A DNA stretch of 64,000 bases from an uncultured Burkholderiales bacterium (GCA_903886485.1 CAISMH010000008.1:9448-73447), one strand, 5' to 3'; numbered from the stretch's first letter, positions 1 to 10,548 are shown. Numbers and translations are program-made. Notes: generated by a model not told the origin, from the letters alone.

Positions 1-1
1 G

Positions 2-124
2 CTGCTCCTCCCCTTGGGCTTTGCTTGGGTTTTCCTGCAAGGCGTGAGCGAAATCATCAAGCGCGTGGCTTACTTGCAAGGCAAGTTTGAAATGGACACG
101 CACTACGAAAAGCCCGTGCAATAA
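2..124 (+). CDS. TRAP transporter small permease (DctQ-like), 3' end only
   Basis: Open frame LLLPLGFAWVFLQGVSEIIKRVAYLQG...HYEKPVQ* ending at TAA 122-124, directly before the DctM gene; typical DctQ C-terminus. Confidence 0.8.
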   Translation: MLLPLGFAWVFLQGVSEIIKRVAYLQGKFEMDTHYEKPVQ

Positions 125-136
125 GGACCCACCACC

Positions 137-1657
137 ATGGAAATGCAAAACTTCGCACCCATCATGTTCGGCGGCCTTGTGCTGACGATGCTCATTGGCT
201 TCCCCGTCGCGTTCTCGCTGGCGTTTTTAGGCTTGGCTTGTGGCCTCTTTGCCATCAGCATGGACTGGTTCCCCGTGAGCTTCATGTCCAACTTGCCCCT
301 GAACATCTTTGGCATTCTCAGCAACGACTTGTTGCTGGCCATTCCCTTCTTCACCTTTATGGGGGCCATTCTTGAAAAGTGCGGCCTCGCCGAAGACATG
401 CTCGACTCGATGGGTCAGTTGTTCGGCACCGTCAAAGGTGGTTTGGGTTATTCGGTCATCATCGTGGGCTTCATCTTGGGCGCCATCACCGGAACGGTGG
501 CGGGTCAAGTGATTGCCATGGCCTTGATCTCATTGCCAGTGATGATCCGCTACGGCTACAACATGCGCTACGCCACAGGCGTGCTGGCGGCCTCGGGCAC
601 CATCACCCAGTTGGTGCCACCGTCCCTCGTGCTGGTGGTGATGGCAGACCAACTCGGCCGCTCCGTGGGTGACATGTACAAAGGCGCTTGGGGCCCTTCG
701 CTCTTGCAAGTCGGCATCTTTGCGCTCTACACCTTTGGCCTCGGTCTGGTCAAGCCAGACCACGTGCCGGGCATTCCCAAAGAAGCACGCACCGCCGACG
801 GTTTGCACCTGTGGATGAAATGCTTGCGCGGCATCATCCCTTCTGCCTTCTTGATCTTTGCTGTGCTGGGCTCGATGGGCGGCTTGCCCGGCATCAACAC
901 CGCGATTGCCACCCCGACGGAGGCCGGTGCGATGGGCTGCGTGGGTGCGTTGATTTTGGCCGCCATGCACAAGCGTTTGGACAAAGCCCTGATTTGGGAA
1001 GCCATGCACGGCACGATGCGCCTCACGGCCATGGTGGTGTTCATCTTGATTGGTTCACGCGTGTTCTCGATGGTGTTCCAAGGCGTGGATGGTGCCAAGT
1101 GGGTGGAGCATTTGCTGACGAGCTTGCCAGGAGGCCAAGTGGGCTTCCTCGTGGTGGTCAACATCTTCATATTCTTCTTGGCGTTCTTCCTCGACTTCTT
1201 TGAAATCGCCTTCATCATCTTGCCCATGCTCGGCCCCGTGGCAGACAAGATGGGCATCGACATGGTGTGGTTTGGTGTGCTCTTGTGCGTGAACATGCAA
1301 ACCAGCTTCATGCATCCGCCTTTCGGCTTTGCGCTGTTTTACTTGCGCGGCATTGCAGACACGCTGTTCAAAGAGGGCCGCATTGAAAAACCAGTGAAGT
1401 CCAACGACATCTACATGGGCGCGATTCCTTGGGTCATCATGCAATTGATCTTGGTGGTGATCGTGATCTTCGTGCCTCAGACCGTGACCATGTTCTTGGA
1501 CAAGGAAGAAAAGGTGGACCTCGACAAAGTGGTCATCGAAATGCCCACCGAGCAAGAAGCGCCAGAGGCTGAACTCAAACTCGATGGCGCCAAACCTTCT
1601 GCCGGTGAAAACGCGGCCGAAGAGCAAAAACGCATGGAAGACTTGTTCAAAAAATAA
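137..1657 (+). CDS. dctM: TRAP transporter large permease DctM (mannitol/chloroaromatic-type subfamily)
   Basis: 506 aa polytopic membrane protein with GFPVAFSL, ASGTITQLVPPS, ATPTEAG and SFMHPPFG motifs. Confidence 0.93.
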   Translation: MEMQNFAPIMFGGLVLTMLIGFPVAFSLAFLGLACGLFAISMDWFPVSFMSNLPLNIFGILSNDLLLAIPFFTFMGAILEKCGLAEDMLDSMGQLFGTVKGGLGYSVIIVGFILGAITGTVAGQVIAMALISLPVMIRYGYNMRYATGVLAASGTITQLVPPSLVLVVMADQLGRSVGDMYKGAWGPSLLQVGIFALYTFGLGLVKPDHVPGIPKEARTADGLHLWMKCLRGIIPSAFLIFAVLGSMGGLPGINTAIATPTEAGAMGCVGALILAAMHKRLDKALIWEAMHGTMRLTAMVVFILIGSRVFSMVFQGVDGAKWVEHLLTSLPGGQVGFLVVVNIFIFFLAFFLDFFEIAFIILPMLGPVADKMGIDMVWFGVLLCVNMQTSFMHPPFGFALFYLRGIADTLFKEGRIEKPVKSNDIYMGAIPWVIMQLILVVIVIFVPQTVTMFLDKEEKVDLDKVVIEMPTEQEAPEAELKLDGAKPSAGENAAEEQKRMEDLFKK

Positions 1658-1674
1658 GCTTCGCTCTGACGATC

Positions 1675-1709
1675 AGCCCCTCCGGTTCAACTGTGAGGGG
1701 CTTTTTCTT
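1675..1709 (+). terminator. Intrinsic terminator after dctM
   Basis: AGCCCCTC/GAGGGGCT stem followed by TTTTCTT. Confidence 0.8.
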
Positions 1710-1732
1710 GCCAGTCCTCACACGCCCCTCCC

Positions 1733-2248
1733 ATGACCACACCCGAACAAACCATCCCCACTGCGTTAGGCCCAACTCCCTTTGTGTTTCATCCGTCGGG
1801 CCAGACGTGTATCGAAGGCCCCGCCTTCTCGCGCGCATTCCAAGCCATCACATGGACCACGCTGCTGGGTTCAGGCTATTGGCTTCTCACCCTGTGGCAG
1901 CAAGGCAAGTTTGGTGGCGACACCGGCTTCAATGGCTTGCGTGCAGCAGGTTGGTTTGTGTTGGGCTGGGCCTTGCTGGCATGGACCACATGGCACGTCA
2001 TGCACAGCCGTGCAAGATTGGATGAAACAGGGATTCACCAAACATGGATGTGGGACAAGCACATGGCGTATGAGGAGTTGGCCTACGCCAAGCTGATCCG
2101 CATTCGTGGGCTGGAGTGGTTCATGGCGCCACGCTTTTATGTGCGCACCCTGATGGGTAAATTTGCCGTGTTCTATGTGAGCAGTGACCATGTGCAACGC
2201 GAGTGCGAACGCTTAAGCGCTGAGTTGGCAGCATTTCGCGAGTTTTAA
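1733..2248 (+). CDS. Hypothetical membrane protein (two N-terminal TM segments plus soluble C-terminal domain)
   Basis: 171 aa ORF filling the gap between two terminators; hydrophobic segments ITWTTLLGSGYWLLTLW and AAGWFVLGWALLAWTTW. Confidence 0.75.
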   Translation: MTTPEQTIPTALGPTPFVFHPSGQTCIEGPAFSRAFQAITWTTLLGSGYWLLTLWQQGKFGGDTGFNGLRAAGWFVLGWALLAWTTWHVMHSRARLDETGIHQTWMWDKHMAYEELAYAKLIRIRGLEWFMAPRFYVRTLMGKFAVFYVSSDHVQRECERLSAELAAFREF

Positions 2249-2269
2249 AAGCTCGCGCACATCGCCATC

Positions 2270-2296
2270 AAAAAACCGCACCGAAGCGCGGTTTTT
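2270..2296. terminator. Bidirectional intrinsic terminator between convergent genes
   Basis: AAAAAACCGC-accgaagc-GCGGTTTTT. Confidence 0.85.
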
Positions 2297-2318
2297 GCTG
2301 TCTCAACAAAGTCTCAGA

Positions 2319-3398
2319 TCAGAGTTTTTGTTTCTGCATGAACGAGTCGAACTTGGCTTCCGTGAACTGAAACCACAGGTTTTGTTCTGCACGGAACTTG
2401 GCGAAGTCGGCGTAGACTTTTTTCCAGCTGGGGTTCTTGGCACTCACCTCTTCGTAGAAAGCCATGGACTCTTTGAAAGCCGCTGCCATCACGTCTTTGG
2501 GGAACTCACGCAATTTGGTGCCAGAACCCACCAACTGCTTCAGTGCGGCGGGGTTACGCGCATCGTATTTGGCTTGCATATCAATGTGCGCCTGAGCAGA
2601 AGCGGCTTCGATGATGGCTTTGTTTTCAGACGACAGCGCTGCATAGGCTTTGTCGTTGACGTAGAAATCCAATTGCGGACCGCCTTCCCAAAAACCAGGG
2701 TAGTAGTAGAAGGGTGCAACTTTGCTGAAACCTAATTTCAGGTCGTCATAGGGTCCGATCCACTCGGCAGAATCAATCGTTCCCTTTTCCAGTGCAGGAT
2801 AAATGTCGCCTCCTGGAATGTTTTGCGGCACAACACCCAGACGTTCCATCACCTTGCCGCCAAAACCACCCATGCGGAACTTGAGGCCTTTGAGGTCTGC
2901 CACCGACTTGATCTCTTTTCGGAACCATCCGCCCATTTGGGCACCTGTGTTGCCACCTAAGAAATTCACAATGTTGTACTTGGCGTAAAACTCGCGCATG
3001 AGCTTCATGCCATTGCCTTCGTACATCCATGCGGTCATTTGGCGACTATTCAAACCAAAGGGAATGGCACAACCCAAGGCAAAAGTCTCATCTTTACCAA
3101 AAAAGTAATAAGGGGCCGTGTGGGCTATTTCAATGGATCCCTGTTGCACGCCATCGACCACGCCAAAGGCCGGCATGATTTCACCAGCCGCGTGAACGGA
3201 GATTTCAAATTTGCCACCCGACATGGTTTTCACAGCTTTGGCGAACACTTCAGACGCGCCATGGATGGTGTCGAGGGATTTCGGAAAACTAGAGGCCAAG
3301 CGCCAGCGAATCGCAGCTTGCGCATGCACGGCAGGGGCTGCACCAGCAGCCAAAATGCCAGCAATACCTGCGTTTTTAATAACGGAACGACGATCCAT
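2319..3398 (-). CDS. dctP: TRAP substrate-binding protein DctP (TakP-like, 2-oxo/monocarboxylate type), Tat signal
   Basis: Start moved to MDRRSVIK (twin-Arg), GGGAG RBS upstream; WRLASSFPKSLD, GGNTGAQMGGWF and AEWIGPYDD motifs. Confidence 0.9.
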   Translation of the reverse strand: MDRRSVIKNAGIAGILAAGAAPAVHAQAAIRWRLASSFPKSLDTIHGASEVFAKAVKTMSGGKFEISVHAAGEIMPAFGVVDGVQQGSIEIAHTAPYYFFGKDETFALGCAIPFGLNSRQMTAWMYEGNGMKLMREFYAKYNIVNFLGGNTGAQMGGWFRKEIKSVADLKGLKFRMGGFGGKVMERLGVVPQNIPGGDIYPALEKGTIDSAEWIGPYDDLKLGFSKVAPFYYYPGFWEGGPQLDFYVNDKAYAALSSENKAIIEAASAQAHIDMQAKYDARNPAALKQLVGSGTKLREFPKDVMAAAFKESMAFYEEVSAKNPSWKKVYADFAKFRAEQNLWFQFTEAKFDSFMQKQKL

Positions 3399-3545
3399 GA
3401 ATGACTCCCTTGAGTGGTTGAAACAATCTGACCGCTGGGTATTACAGGTCACCCAAGGTGTCAGAGTTGAGGCATTGTATGTATTTGTGAAAGCGTCACT
3501 GTGCGCGGGTTTTCCCCCGTCAACAGCACGCGTCCCAGCGCAGGT

Positions 3546-5402
3546 TCACTTGGCAAACAGGGGAAATCTTTTTTCGATGGCGCGTTGAATACCGTCGGCA
3601 TCCAATCCCAACTCAGCCAGTAATTTGACGGGATCCCCATGCTCTGTGAATTCATCAGGGATGCCAAGCACCAACACGGGTTTGGTTTGCTGTAGCGTTT
3701 GCAAGGCCTCCAACACGGCAGAGCCAGCACCACCCATGATGGCCCCCTCCTCCACAGTCACCAAGGCCTCGTGGGTGACGGCAATTTCGGCCAGCAGCTC
3801 GGTATCGAGCGGTTTGGCCCAACGCATGTTCACCACGGTTGCGTTGAGGGCCTCGCCCACTTGCATGGCAGGATAAAGCAACGTGCCAAATGCCAAGATG
3901 GCCAACCCTTGACCTTTGCGCCGCACTTCTGCCTTTCCAAAGGGCAGTTCGTGCAAGCCAGCTTGAACAGGCACGCCCACACCCGCGCCACGGGGATAGC
4001 GCACGGCCACGCAGTGGTCTTGGTGATAGGCGGTGGTCAAGAGTTGGCGGCACTCGTTCTCGTCCGCAGGACAGGCCACGCTGACATTGGGAATGCAGCG
4101 CAGGAAGGGAATGTCGTACAAGCCTGCATGCGTGGCACCATCGGCCCCGACGATGCCCGCACGGTCCAACGCCAGCACCATAGGTAGCTTTTGCAAAGCC
4201 ACGTCATGGATCACTTGGTCATAGGCACGTTGCAAGAAAGTGGAGTAAATCGCCACCACAGGTTTGACGCCCTCACAGGCCAAGCCTGCAGCAAAGGTGA
4301 TGGCGTGTTGCTCGGCAATGCCCACGTCGTGATAACGCTCAGGAAAACGTTGGTGAAACGCCACCATGCCGGAGCCCTCGCGCATGGCGGGTGTGATGCC
4401 CACCAGCAAAGGGTCGGCTTCGGCCATGTCACACAACCACTGACCAAACACTTGGGTAAAGGTGGTTTTGCTCGGCGTGGTGGCAGGCACCAAACCCACG
4501 GCGGGGTCGAACTTGCCGGGGCCGTGATAAGCCACAGGATCGGCCTCGGCCAGTTTGTAGCCCTGACCTTTTTTGGTCACCACATGCAGGAACTGCGGGC
4601 CTTCCAGATGCTTGATATTTTCAAGCGTGGGAATGAGCGACTCGAGGTCATGCCCATCGATGGGCCCGATGTAGTTGAAGCCAAATTTTTCAAACAAGGT
4701 CGCAGGCACCACCATGCCCTTGGCGTGTTCCTCAAACCGCTTGGCCAACTCAAACAAAGGCGGTGCGCCTTTGAGCACTTGCTTGCCCACCTCTTTGGCG
4801 GTGGCGTAAAACTTGCCACTCATCAGCTGTGCCAAGTAGCGGTTGAGCGCGCCCACGGGGGGGCTGATGGACATGTCGTTGTCGTTCAAGATGACGAGCA
4901 ACTTGGCGGTGGCCACCCCGCCATTGTTCAAGGCTTCAAAGGCCATGCCTGCCGTCATGGCCCCGTCACCGATCACGGCGATGGCATGGCGCTGTTCGCC
5001 CTTTTGCTGGGCCGCAATGGCCATGCCCAACGCAGCTGAGATGCTGGTGGAAGAATGGGCAGTGCCGAAGGCGTCGTACTCGCTCTCATCACGGCGCGGA
5101 AAGCCGCTCAACCCTTGGCGCTGGCGCAGCGTGCTCATGGCCTCACGGCGGCCCGTCAAAATTTTGTGTGGGTAGGTTTGGTGACCCACATCCCAGACGA
5201 TGCGGTCATGCGGGGTGTTGAACACGTAGTGCAAAGCCACGGTCAATTCAACGGTGCCAAGGTTGGAGCTGAGGTGCCCGCCCGTTTTGGCCACACTTTG
5301 AATCAGGTACGAACGCAACTCATCGGCCAACGCAGGCAATTGGTGGCGCGGCAGCTGCCGCAAATCGGCGGGTGAGTCGAGGGTCTGCAACAAATTAGGC
5401 AT
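3546..5402 (-). CDS. dxs: 1-deoxy-D-xylulose-5-phosphate synthase
   Basis: [34 protein letters not shown] motif, [22 protein letters not shown]. Confidence 0.98.
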   Translation of the reverse strand: MPNLLQTLDSPADLRQLPRHQLPALADELRSYLIQSVAKTGGHLSSNLGTVELTVALHYVFNTPHDRIVWDVGHQTYPHKILTGRREAMSTLRQRQGLSGFPRRDESEYDAFGTAHSSTSISAALGMAIAAQQKGEQRHAIAVIGDGAMTAGMAFEALNNGGVATAKLLVILNDNDMSISPPVGALNRYLAQLMSGKFYATAKEVGKQVLKGAPPLFELAKRFEEHAKGMVVPATLFEKFGFNYIGPIDGHDLESLIPTLENIKHLEGPQFLHVVTKKGQGYKLAEADPVAYHGPGKFDPAVGLVPATTPSKTTFTQVFGQWLCDMAEADPLLVGITPAMREGSGMVAFHQRFPERYHDVGIAEQHAITFAAGLACEGVKPVVAIYSTFLQRAYDQVIHDVALQKLPMVLALDRAGIVGADGATHAGLYDIPFLRCIPNVSVACPADENECRQLLTTAYHQDHCVAVRYPRGAGVGVPVQAGLHELPFGKAEVRRKGQGLAILAFGTLLYPAMQVGEALNATVVNMRWAKPLDTELLAEIAVTHEALVTVEEGAIMGGAGSAVLEALQTLQQTKPVLVLGIPDEFTEHGDPVKLLAELGLDADGIQRAIEKRFPLFAK

Positions 5403-5419
5403 GGCTGATGTGACTCGGT

Positions 5420-6340
5420 TTAGGTAGTTCGGTTCACCACGCGCTGGGCCAAAGCGGCCAGCATGTGGGTGTGCGTCAAGCCGGTGCTGTGCAAAGCGTC
5501 CAACGCCTCACCCAACAGGGACTGCGCGTAAGTCGTCGCTTCGGCTAACCCCAGCAGGGACACATACGTGGGTTTGTCGTTCGCCGCATCCTTGCCAGCG
5601 GTTTTGCCCAGCGTGATGGAATCGGCCGTCACGTCCAAGATGTCGTCCACCACTTGGAAAGCCAAGCCAAGGGCTTGGCCGTAGCGTTGCAAGCCCGTCC
5701 ATGCTTGCGGGCTAGCATCGCCACACGCGGCGCCCATCATGACGCTGGCCTCCAACAAGGCCCCGGTTTTCAGGCGATGCATCTGACGCAACTGGTCTTC
5801 GGTCAGCGCCACGCCCACGCTGGCGAGGTCAATGGCTTGCCCCCCCGCCATGCCCGCATGACCCGCTGAAGTGGCCAACAAACGGCACAAACGTGCTTGC
5901 ACGCGATCGGGAATATTGGAAGGCGCAGGCGTGAGGAACTCAAACGCCAAGGCCTGCAACGCATCGCCAGCGAGCAAGGCTTGGGCTTCGCCAAACTGCA
6001 CGTGAACGGTGGGCTTGCCACGGCGCAACACATCGTTGTCCATGCAAGGCATGTCGTCATGGACCAGCGAGTAGGCGTGGATCAGCTCCACCGCGCAGGC
6101 TGCGCGCAAAGCGGCTTCGTCGAGTGCGGCATCGGCCATGCCATGGGCCATCGCCTCGCGCGCCGCCAACACCAGCAGAGGACGCAAGCGTTTGCCGCCG
6201 TCGAGCACGGCATAGCGCATGGCCACCCCCAAACCCGCAGGGGCTTGGGGGCTGATCCAGCGTGACAAGGCATCTTCCACAATCGCCAGCCAATGGTCGC
6301 TCCAGCGGTCGAGTTCGGCAGAGGTGTGTGAGGCGTTCAC
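5420..6340 (-). CDS. ispA: Farnesyl-diphosphate synthase / polyprenyl synthetase
   Basis: [47 protein letters not shown]; GTG start overlapping the xseB stop (GTGA). Confidence 0.95.
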   Translation of the reverse strand: MNASHTSAELDRWSDHWLAIVEDALSRWISPQAPAGLGVAMRYAVLDGGKRLRPLLVLAAREAMAHGMADAALDEAALRAACAVELIHAYSLVHDDMPCMDNDVLRRGKPTVHVQFGEAQALLAGDALQALAFEFLTPAPSNIPDRVQARLCRLLATSAGHAGMAGGQAIDLASVGVALTEDQLRQMHRLKTGALLEASVMMGAACGDASPQAWTGLQRYGQALGLAFQVVDDILDVTADSITLGKTAGKDAANDKPTYVSLLGLAEATTYAQSLLGEALDALHSTGLTHTHMLAALAQRVVNRTT

Positions 6341-6582
6341 GTCGGTGTCCACGATTTCATCGCGCCGTTGTCTAACACTTTGATTTGTTGCTCCACCGCA
6401 TCCAATTGCGCGCGGCAGTAGCCCAAAAGTGCTGCGCCACGTTGATAGCCCGACAACAAGTCAGCCAAGGGCAATTGACCGGACTCCATTTGCTGCACCA
6501 AGCCTTCAAGCTCTTTCAAAGCAGCCTCATAGCTGGTAGGCGCAGTGTCTGCGTCGCTTGGGGTGTGTTTAGCCTGAGCCAT
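6337..6582 (-). CDS. xseB: Exodeoxyribonuclease VII small subunit
   Basis: [23 protein letters not shown]...YQRG...[12 protein letters not shown]; xseB-ispA-dxs gene order. Confidence 0.93.
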   Translation of the reverse strand: MAQAKHTPSDADTAPTSYEAALKELEGLVQQMESGQLPLADLLSGYQRGAALLGYCRAQLDAVEQQIKVLDNGAMKSWTPT

Positions 6583-6663
6583 GTTTGTGCGCAATCCAGT
6601 GTTGAGGTGGGTCAAATAGCCTGTCATTTTAGGCCGCACACGGGTCAAAGTTGCCCCCTTGGG

Positions 6664-6709
6664 TACAATGGGCATCCTTCAATCGACCTTCGGGCCGATT
6701 TATTTTTTT
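6664..6709 (+). promoter_or_regulatory. -10 box followed by a terminator-like leader hairpin upstream of the Rieske gene
   Basis: TACAAT 6664-6669; AATCG-a-CC-TTCG-GG-c-CGATT hairpin 6681-6700, then TATTTTTTT. Confidence 0.55.
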
Positions 6710-6749
6710 CACTTATCTCCCTGTGGGGGGTCTTTAGGTCAGGTCACCC

Positions 6750-7880
6750 ATGTCTGATTTAAGTCTTCAACTGCAGCAGGCGCAAGCCCAACTACCAGTT
6801 ACCAGTTACTTTGACGAGGCGCTCTTTCAGCGCGAACTGGAGACCATCTTTCAGCGTGGCCCACGTTATGTGGGTCATCAGCTTGCCGTGCCCCATGTGG
6901 GCGACTACTACGCTTTGCCGCATGAAGGCGAAGGGCGTGCGCTTGTGCGTTCGGCCAAGGGTGTCGAGTTGATCTCCAACGTGTGCCGCCACCGCCAGGC
7001 GGTGATGCTCAAAGGCCGCGGCTCACTCCAGACGCAAGCGCCGGGCTCGGCTGGCGGCAACATCGTGTGCCCCCTGCACCGTTGGACTTACGCCCCTTCG
7101 GGAGAATTACTGGGTGCGCCGCACTTTTCGCACGACCCGTGCTTGAACCTCAACAACTACAAACTCCGTGAATGGAATGGCTTGCTGTTTGAGGACAACG
7201 GCGTAGACATTGAAGCCGACTTGGCCAACATGGGGCCTCGCGCGGCCTTGGACTTCAACGGCTTTGCCCTTGATCGCGTCGAACTGCACGAATGCAACTA
7301 CAACTGGAAGACCTTCATCGAGGTCTACCTAGAGGACTACCACGTGGGCCCGTTCCACCCGGGCCTGGGCCAGTTCGTCACCTGTGATGACTTGAGCTGG
7401 GAGTTCAAAGCCAACTACTCGGTGCAAACCGTGGGTGTGTCGCAAGGCTTTGGCAAACCCGGCTCGCCCACCTACCAAACATGGCACGACATGCTGCTGA
7501 AGTACCGCAATGGCGAGTTGCCAGAGCGCGGCGCCATTTGGCTCACCTACTACCCACACATCATGGTGGAGTGGTATCCGCATGTGCTGACCGTCTCCAC
7601 CCTACACCCCATCAGCCCCACCAAGACGCTGAACATGGTGGAGTTCTATTACCCCGAAGAAATCGTGGCGTTCGAGCGCGAATTTGTCGAGGCCCAGCAA
7701 GCCGCCTACATGGAGACCTGCATCGAGGACGACGAAATTGCCGAGCGCATGGACGCTGGCCGCAAAGCCCTGATGCAGCGTGGTGACAACGAAGTCGGCC
7801 CCTACCAAAGCCCTATGGAAGACGGCATGCAGCACTTTCACGAGTGGTATCGCGGCAAACTCAACTTCACACAACGCTGA
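6750..7880 (+). CDS. Rieske non-heme iron oxygenase alpha subunit; probable putrescine 2-hydroxylase
   Basis: CRH...CPLH Rieske ligands and EDYHVGPFH mononuclear Fe motif. Position divergent from xseB matches my recollection of the betaproteobacterial putrescine 2-hydroxylase locus (needs BLAST). Confidence 0.8.
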   Translation: MSDLSLQLQQAQAQLPVTSYFDEALFQRELETIFQRGPRYVGHQLAVPHVGDYYALPHEGEGRALVRSAKGVELISNVCRHRQAVMLKGRGSLQTQAPGSAGGNIVCPLHRWTYAPSGELLGAPHFSHDPCLNLNNYKLREWNGLLFEDNGVDIEADLANMGPRAALDFNGFALDRVELHECNYNWKTFIEVYLEDYHVGPFHPGLGQFVTCDDLSWEFKANYSVQTVGVSQGFGKPGSPTYQTWHDMLLKYRNGELPERGAIWLTYYPHIMVEWYPHVLTVSTLHPISPTKTLNMVEFYYPEEIVAFEREFVEAQQAAYMETCIEDDEIAERMDAGRKALMQRGDNEVGPYQSPMEDGMQHFHEWYRGKLNFTQR

Positions 7881-7891
7881 CGCGGCCGCAC

Positions 7892-8788
7892 ATGCAAGCT
7901 CTGTGGATGCTGCTTGGCGCCGCCTTCTTTGCAACCATGGGGGTCTGCGTCAAATTCGGCTCTGCGCATTTCAACTCGGCGGAGTTGGTGTTCTACCGTG
8001 GCATCGTCGGCTTGGTGTTTTTGGGTGTCATCGCCAAGCAGCAAAACGTCTCCTTGCGTACACAGTACATCGGCATGCATGTGTGGCGCTCGGCCATTGG
8101 CGTGTTATCGCTGAGTGCTTGGTTTTACGCGATTGCCCATTTGCCACTCGCCACCGCCATGACGCTCAATTACATGAGCAGCGTTTGGGTCGCTGCATTT
8201 TTGGTGGGCGGTGCCCTCATCAACTGGAACCCACAAGACGGACGCAGCCCTTGGTCGCAGGGGCCACTCGCCTTGAGCGTCATGGCAGGCTTCGCGGGGG
8301 TGGTGATGATGTTGCGCCCCACGCTTGAACAGAACCAAATCTTTGCCGGTCTCATTGGGTTGATGTCGGGCTTTGTGGCCGCCTTTGCCTACATGCAGGT
8401 CATGGCACTGGGGCGCATCGGCGAACCCGAAACCCGCACCGTCTTTTACTTTGCGATAGGCACCACGATTGCGGGGCTCATGGGCATGGGCTTTGCCGGC
8501 GTGTCTGAATGGAACTGGCAGCACGCCGTATGGCTGCTGCCCGTGGGCATCTTTGCGTCGTTGGGCCAACTGTGCATGACCCGCGCCTACAGCCAAGGAG
8601 CCACCTTGGTGGTAGCCAACTTGCAATACTCAGGCATTGTGTTTGCGGCGCTCTACAGCCTGCTGCTGTTTGGCGACGACATCCCCCTGATTGGTTGGGC
8701 TGGCATGGCCCTCATTGTGGGCAGCGGCATGAGCGCCACCTTGCTTCGTGCCCGTGCAGCACCCAACGCCCCTGCGGAAGAACACTGA
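7892..8788 (+). CDS. EamA/DMT family transporter
   Basis: About 10 TM segments, ELVFYRG, LPLATAMTLNY, QLCMTRAY; start moved to MQALW. Confidence 0.9.
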   Translation: MQALWMLLGAAFFATMGVCVKFGSAHFNSAELVFYRGIVGLVFLGVIAKQQNVSLRTQYIGMHVWRSAIGVLSLSAWFYAIAHLPLATAMTLNYMSSVWVAAFLVGGALINWNPQDGRSPWSQGPLALSVMAGFAGVVMMLRPTLEQNQIFAGLIGLMSGFVAAFAYMQVMALGRIGEPETRTVFYFAIGTTIAGLMGMGFAGVSEWNWQHAVWLLPVGIFASLGQLCMTRAYSQGATLVVANLQYSGIVFAALYSLLLFGDDIPLIGWAGMALIVGSGMSATLLRARAAPNAPAEEH

Positions 8789-8797
8789 AAGAACCCC

Positions 8798-9655
8798 ATG
8801 TACACCACCCTCATCAGCGTCACCCAACTCCAAGCCTTACAAGCCAACGGCACACCGTTGCAAGTGTTTGATTGCACTTTTGATTTGATGAACCCACCAG
8901 CCGGTCGCGCCCTGTATGTGGAGCAACACATCGCAGGCGCGTTGCATGCGGATCTCGACCAACACTTGGCCACACATGATGCGACCCAACGCGTCAACGC
9001 AGGCCGTCACCCTCTGCCGCAACGCGAGGTGTTCGCGGCTTGGCTGCGAAGCATGGGCGTCCACCAAGACACCCAAGTGGTGGTGTACGACCGCAATGGC
9101 ATGAACTACTGTGGCCGTTTGTGGTGGATGCTCAAGTGGTGCGGCCATGAAGCCGTGGCCGTGCTCGATGGTGGTTTGCAAGCTTGGGCATTGGCCAGCG
9201 GCGCCATGGCATCGGGTGACGCAACGGTGCCCGCCACTGGCAACTTTGTGTTGCGTGAGCCTTGCGTGCAACTGGTGGACACGGCCAGCGTGGCAGCACA
9301 TTTGAACGATGGCACACAAACCCTCATCGATGCACGGGGCGCACCGCGCTATCGCGGCGAGGTGGAGCCACTGGACCCCGTCGCGGGTCATATCCCCGGC
9401 GCGTTAAACCGCCCCTTCAACACCAACCTCAATGCGCAAGGCTTCTTCAAAAGTGCGGATGAATTGCGTGCTGAATTTACAGCCCTGCTGGGTCACGCCA
9501 AGCCCGCCACGGTGGTGCACCACTGCGGCAGTGGTGTGAGTGCTGTGCCGAATGTGTTGGCGATGGAAGTGGCGGGCCTCGGTCGCACCGCGCTCTACGC
9601 TGGCAGTTGGAGCGAGTGGTGCAACACGCCCGGCTTGCCCTGCGAAAAATCCTAA
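8798..9655 (+). CDS. sseA: Two-domain rhodanese / 3-mercaptopyruvate sulfurtransferase
   Basis: HIAGA, GRHPLP, RLWWML, LDGG, GHIPGA, CGSGVSA active site, LYAGSWSEW. Confidence 0.92.
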   Translation: MYTTLISVTQLQALQANGTPLQVFDCTFDLMNPPAGRALYVEQHIAGALHADLDQHLATHDATQRVNAGRHPLPQREVFAAWLRSMGVHQDTQVVVYDRNGMNYCGRLWWMLKWCGHEAVAVLDGGLQAWALASGAMASGDATVPATGNFVLREPCVQLVDTASVAAHLNDGTQTLIDARGAPRYRGEVEPLDPVAGHIPGALNRPFNTNLNAQGFFKSADELRAEFTALLGHAKPATVVHHCGSGVSAVPNVLAMEVAGLGRTALYAGSWSEWCNTPGLPCEKS

Positions 9656-9656
9656 A

Positions 9657-10514
9657 TCAATGCTGGGCCCACTCGCCCAGAGCCGCGACCAACGCAATGC
9701 CTGCGAGCAGCCACGCCACTTGGGCGGCTGTCTCTCGGGGCAAGAGGCGTTTTTGCAGTTGTGGGATCAAGTCAGCCAGCGCCACATAAATAAAGCTGCT
9801 GGCAGCCACCACCAAGAAGAAGGGCAAGTACTCGTGCAGTGCGCCCACCAGCAAGTAGCCCACGAGGCCGCCAATCACAGTGACGCCTCCGGCCAACGAG
9901 AGCTTGACCAAAGCAGCGCGGGGGTCGTTCAGGGTTTGGCGCAGCACCACCAGATCCCCGACATGATGGGGCACCTCATGGGCCATCACCGCCAAGGCAG
10001 CGGCAACACCTAAACGTGGATCGGCCACAAAGGCCGCGGCAATCATGATGCCGTCACCAAACGCATGCACGCTGTCGCCCAGCAACACGGCCCACCCACC
10101 GCTGAGGTGATCGTGTGCGTGGTGCTGATGCGTGTCATGCGCATGTGAATGGCCGTGCTCATGTGAATGGCCGTGCTCATGCGTGTGGTGCGCCTGCGCT
10201 TGAGCCGCATCGGCGTGGTCATGACCATGCTCATGGCCGTGGTGCCACAACTCGGCCTTATCCAGCAAAAAGAAAAATACCAAGCCCACCAACAGCGCCG
10301 CAAACAAGGCGTGCGCGGAGACGCCAGTTGCAGCAGACAGCTCAAACGCCTCGGGCAGCAAACGCGTGAACGCTGTCGCCAATAAGGCGCCCGCCGCCAG
10401 ACTGAGCAAATGTTGGGTGAAGCGCGACAGCAGCGCATAAGCCAGCAAGGCTGCCAGCCAAACGCTGCCCATGCCCGCCACCAAGGTACCGACAAGAATT
10501 GAAATCAAGGTCAT
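9657..10514 (-). CDS. ZIP family divalent metal transporter with His-rich loop
   Basis: LSLAAGALLATAF, DSVHAFGDG, AHEVPH, YVALADLIP; long His-rich cytoplasmic loop. Confidence 0.92.
   Translation of the reverse strand: MTLISILVGTLVAGMGSVWLAALLAYALLSRFTQHLLSLAAGALLATAFTRLLPEAFELSAATGVSAHALFAALLVGLVFFFLLDKAELWHHGHEHGHDHADAAQAQAHHTHEHGHSHEHGHSHAHDTHQHHAHDHLSGGWAVLLGDSVHAFGDGIMIAAAFVADPRLGVAAALAVMAHEVPHHVGDLVVLRQTLNDPRAALVKLSLAGGVTVIGGLVGYLLVGALHEYLPFFLVVAASSFIYVALADLIPQLQKRLLPRETAAQVAWLLAGIALVAALGEWAQH
10142..10180. repeat. 18-bp tandem repeat (about 2.2 copies) encoding HEHGHS units in the ZIP loop
   Basis: CATGTGAATGGCCGTGCT x2 + CAT. Confidence 0.9.
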
Positions 10515-10548
10515 GGGCTGATTATCCCGTGCCCAAGAGCGGCTTCTT

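Noticed and set aside
3486-3500. CRP-like TGTGA...TCAC site upstream of dctP
   Set aside because: The spacer is 5 nt rather than the required 6
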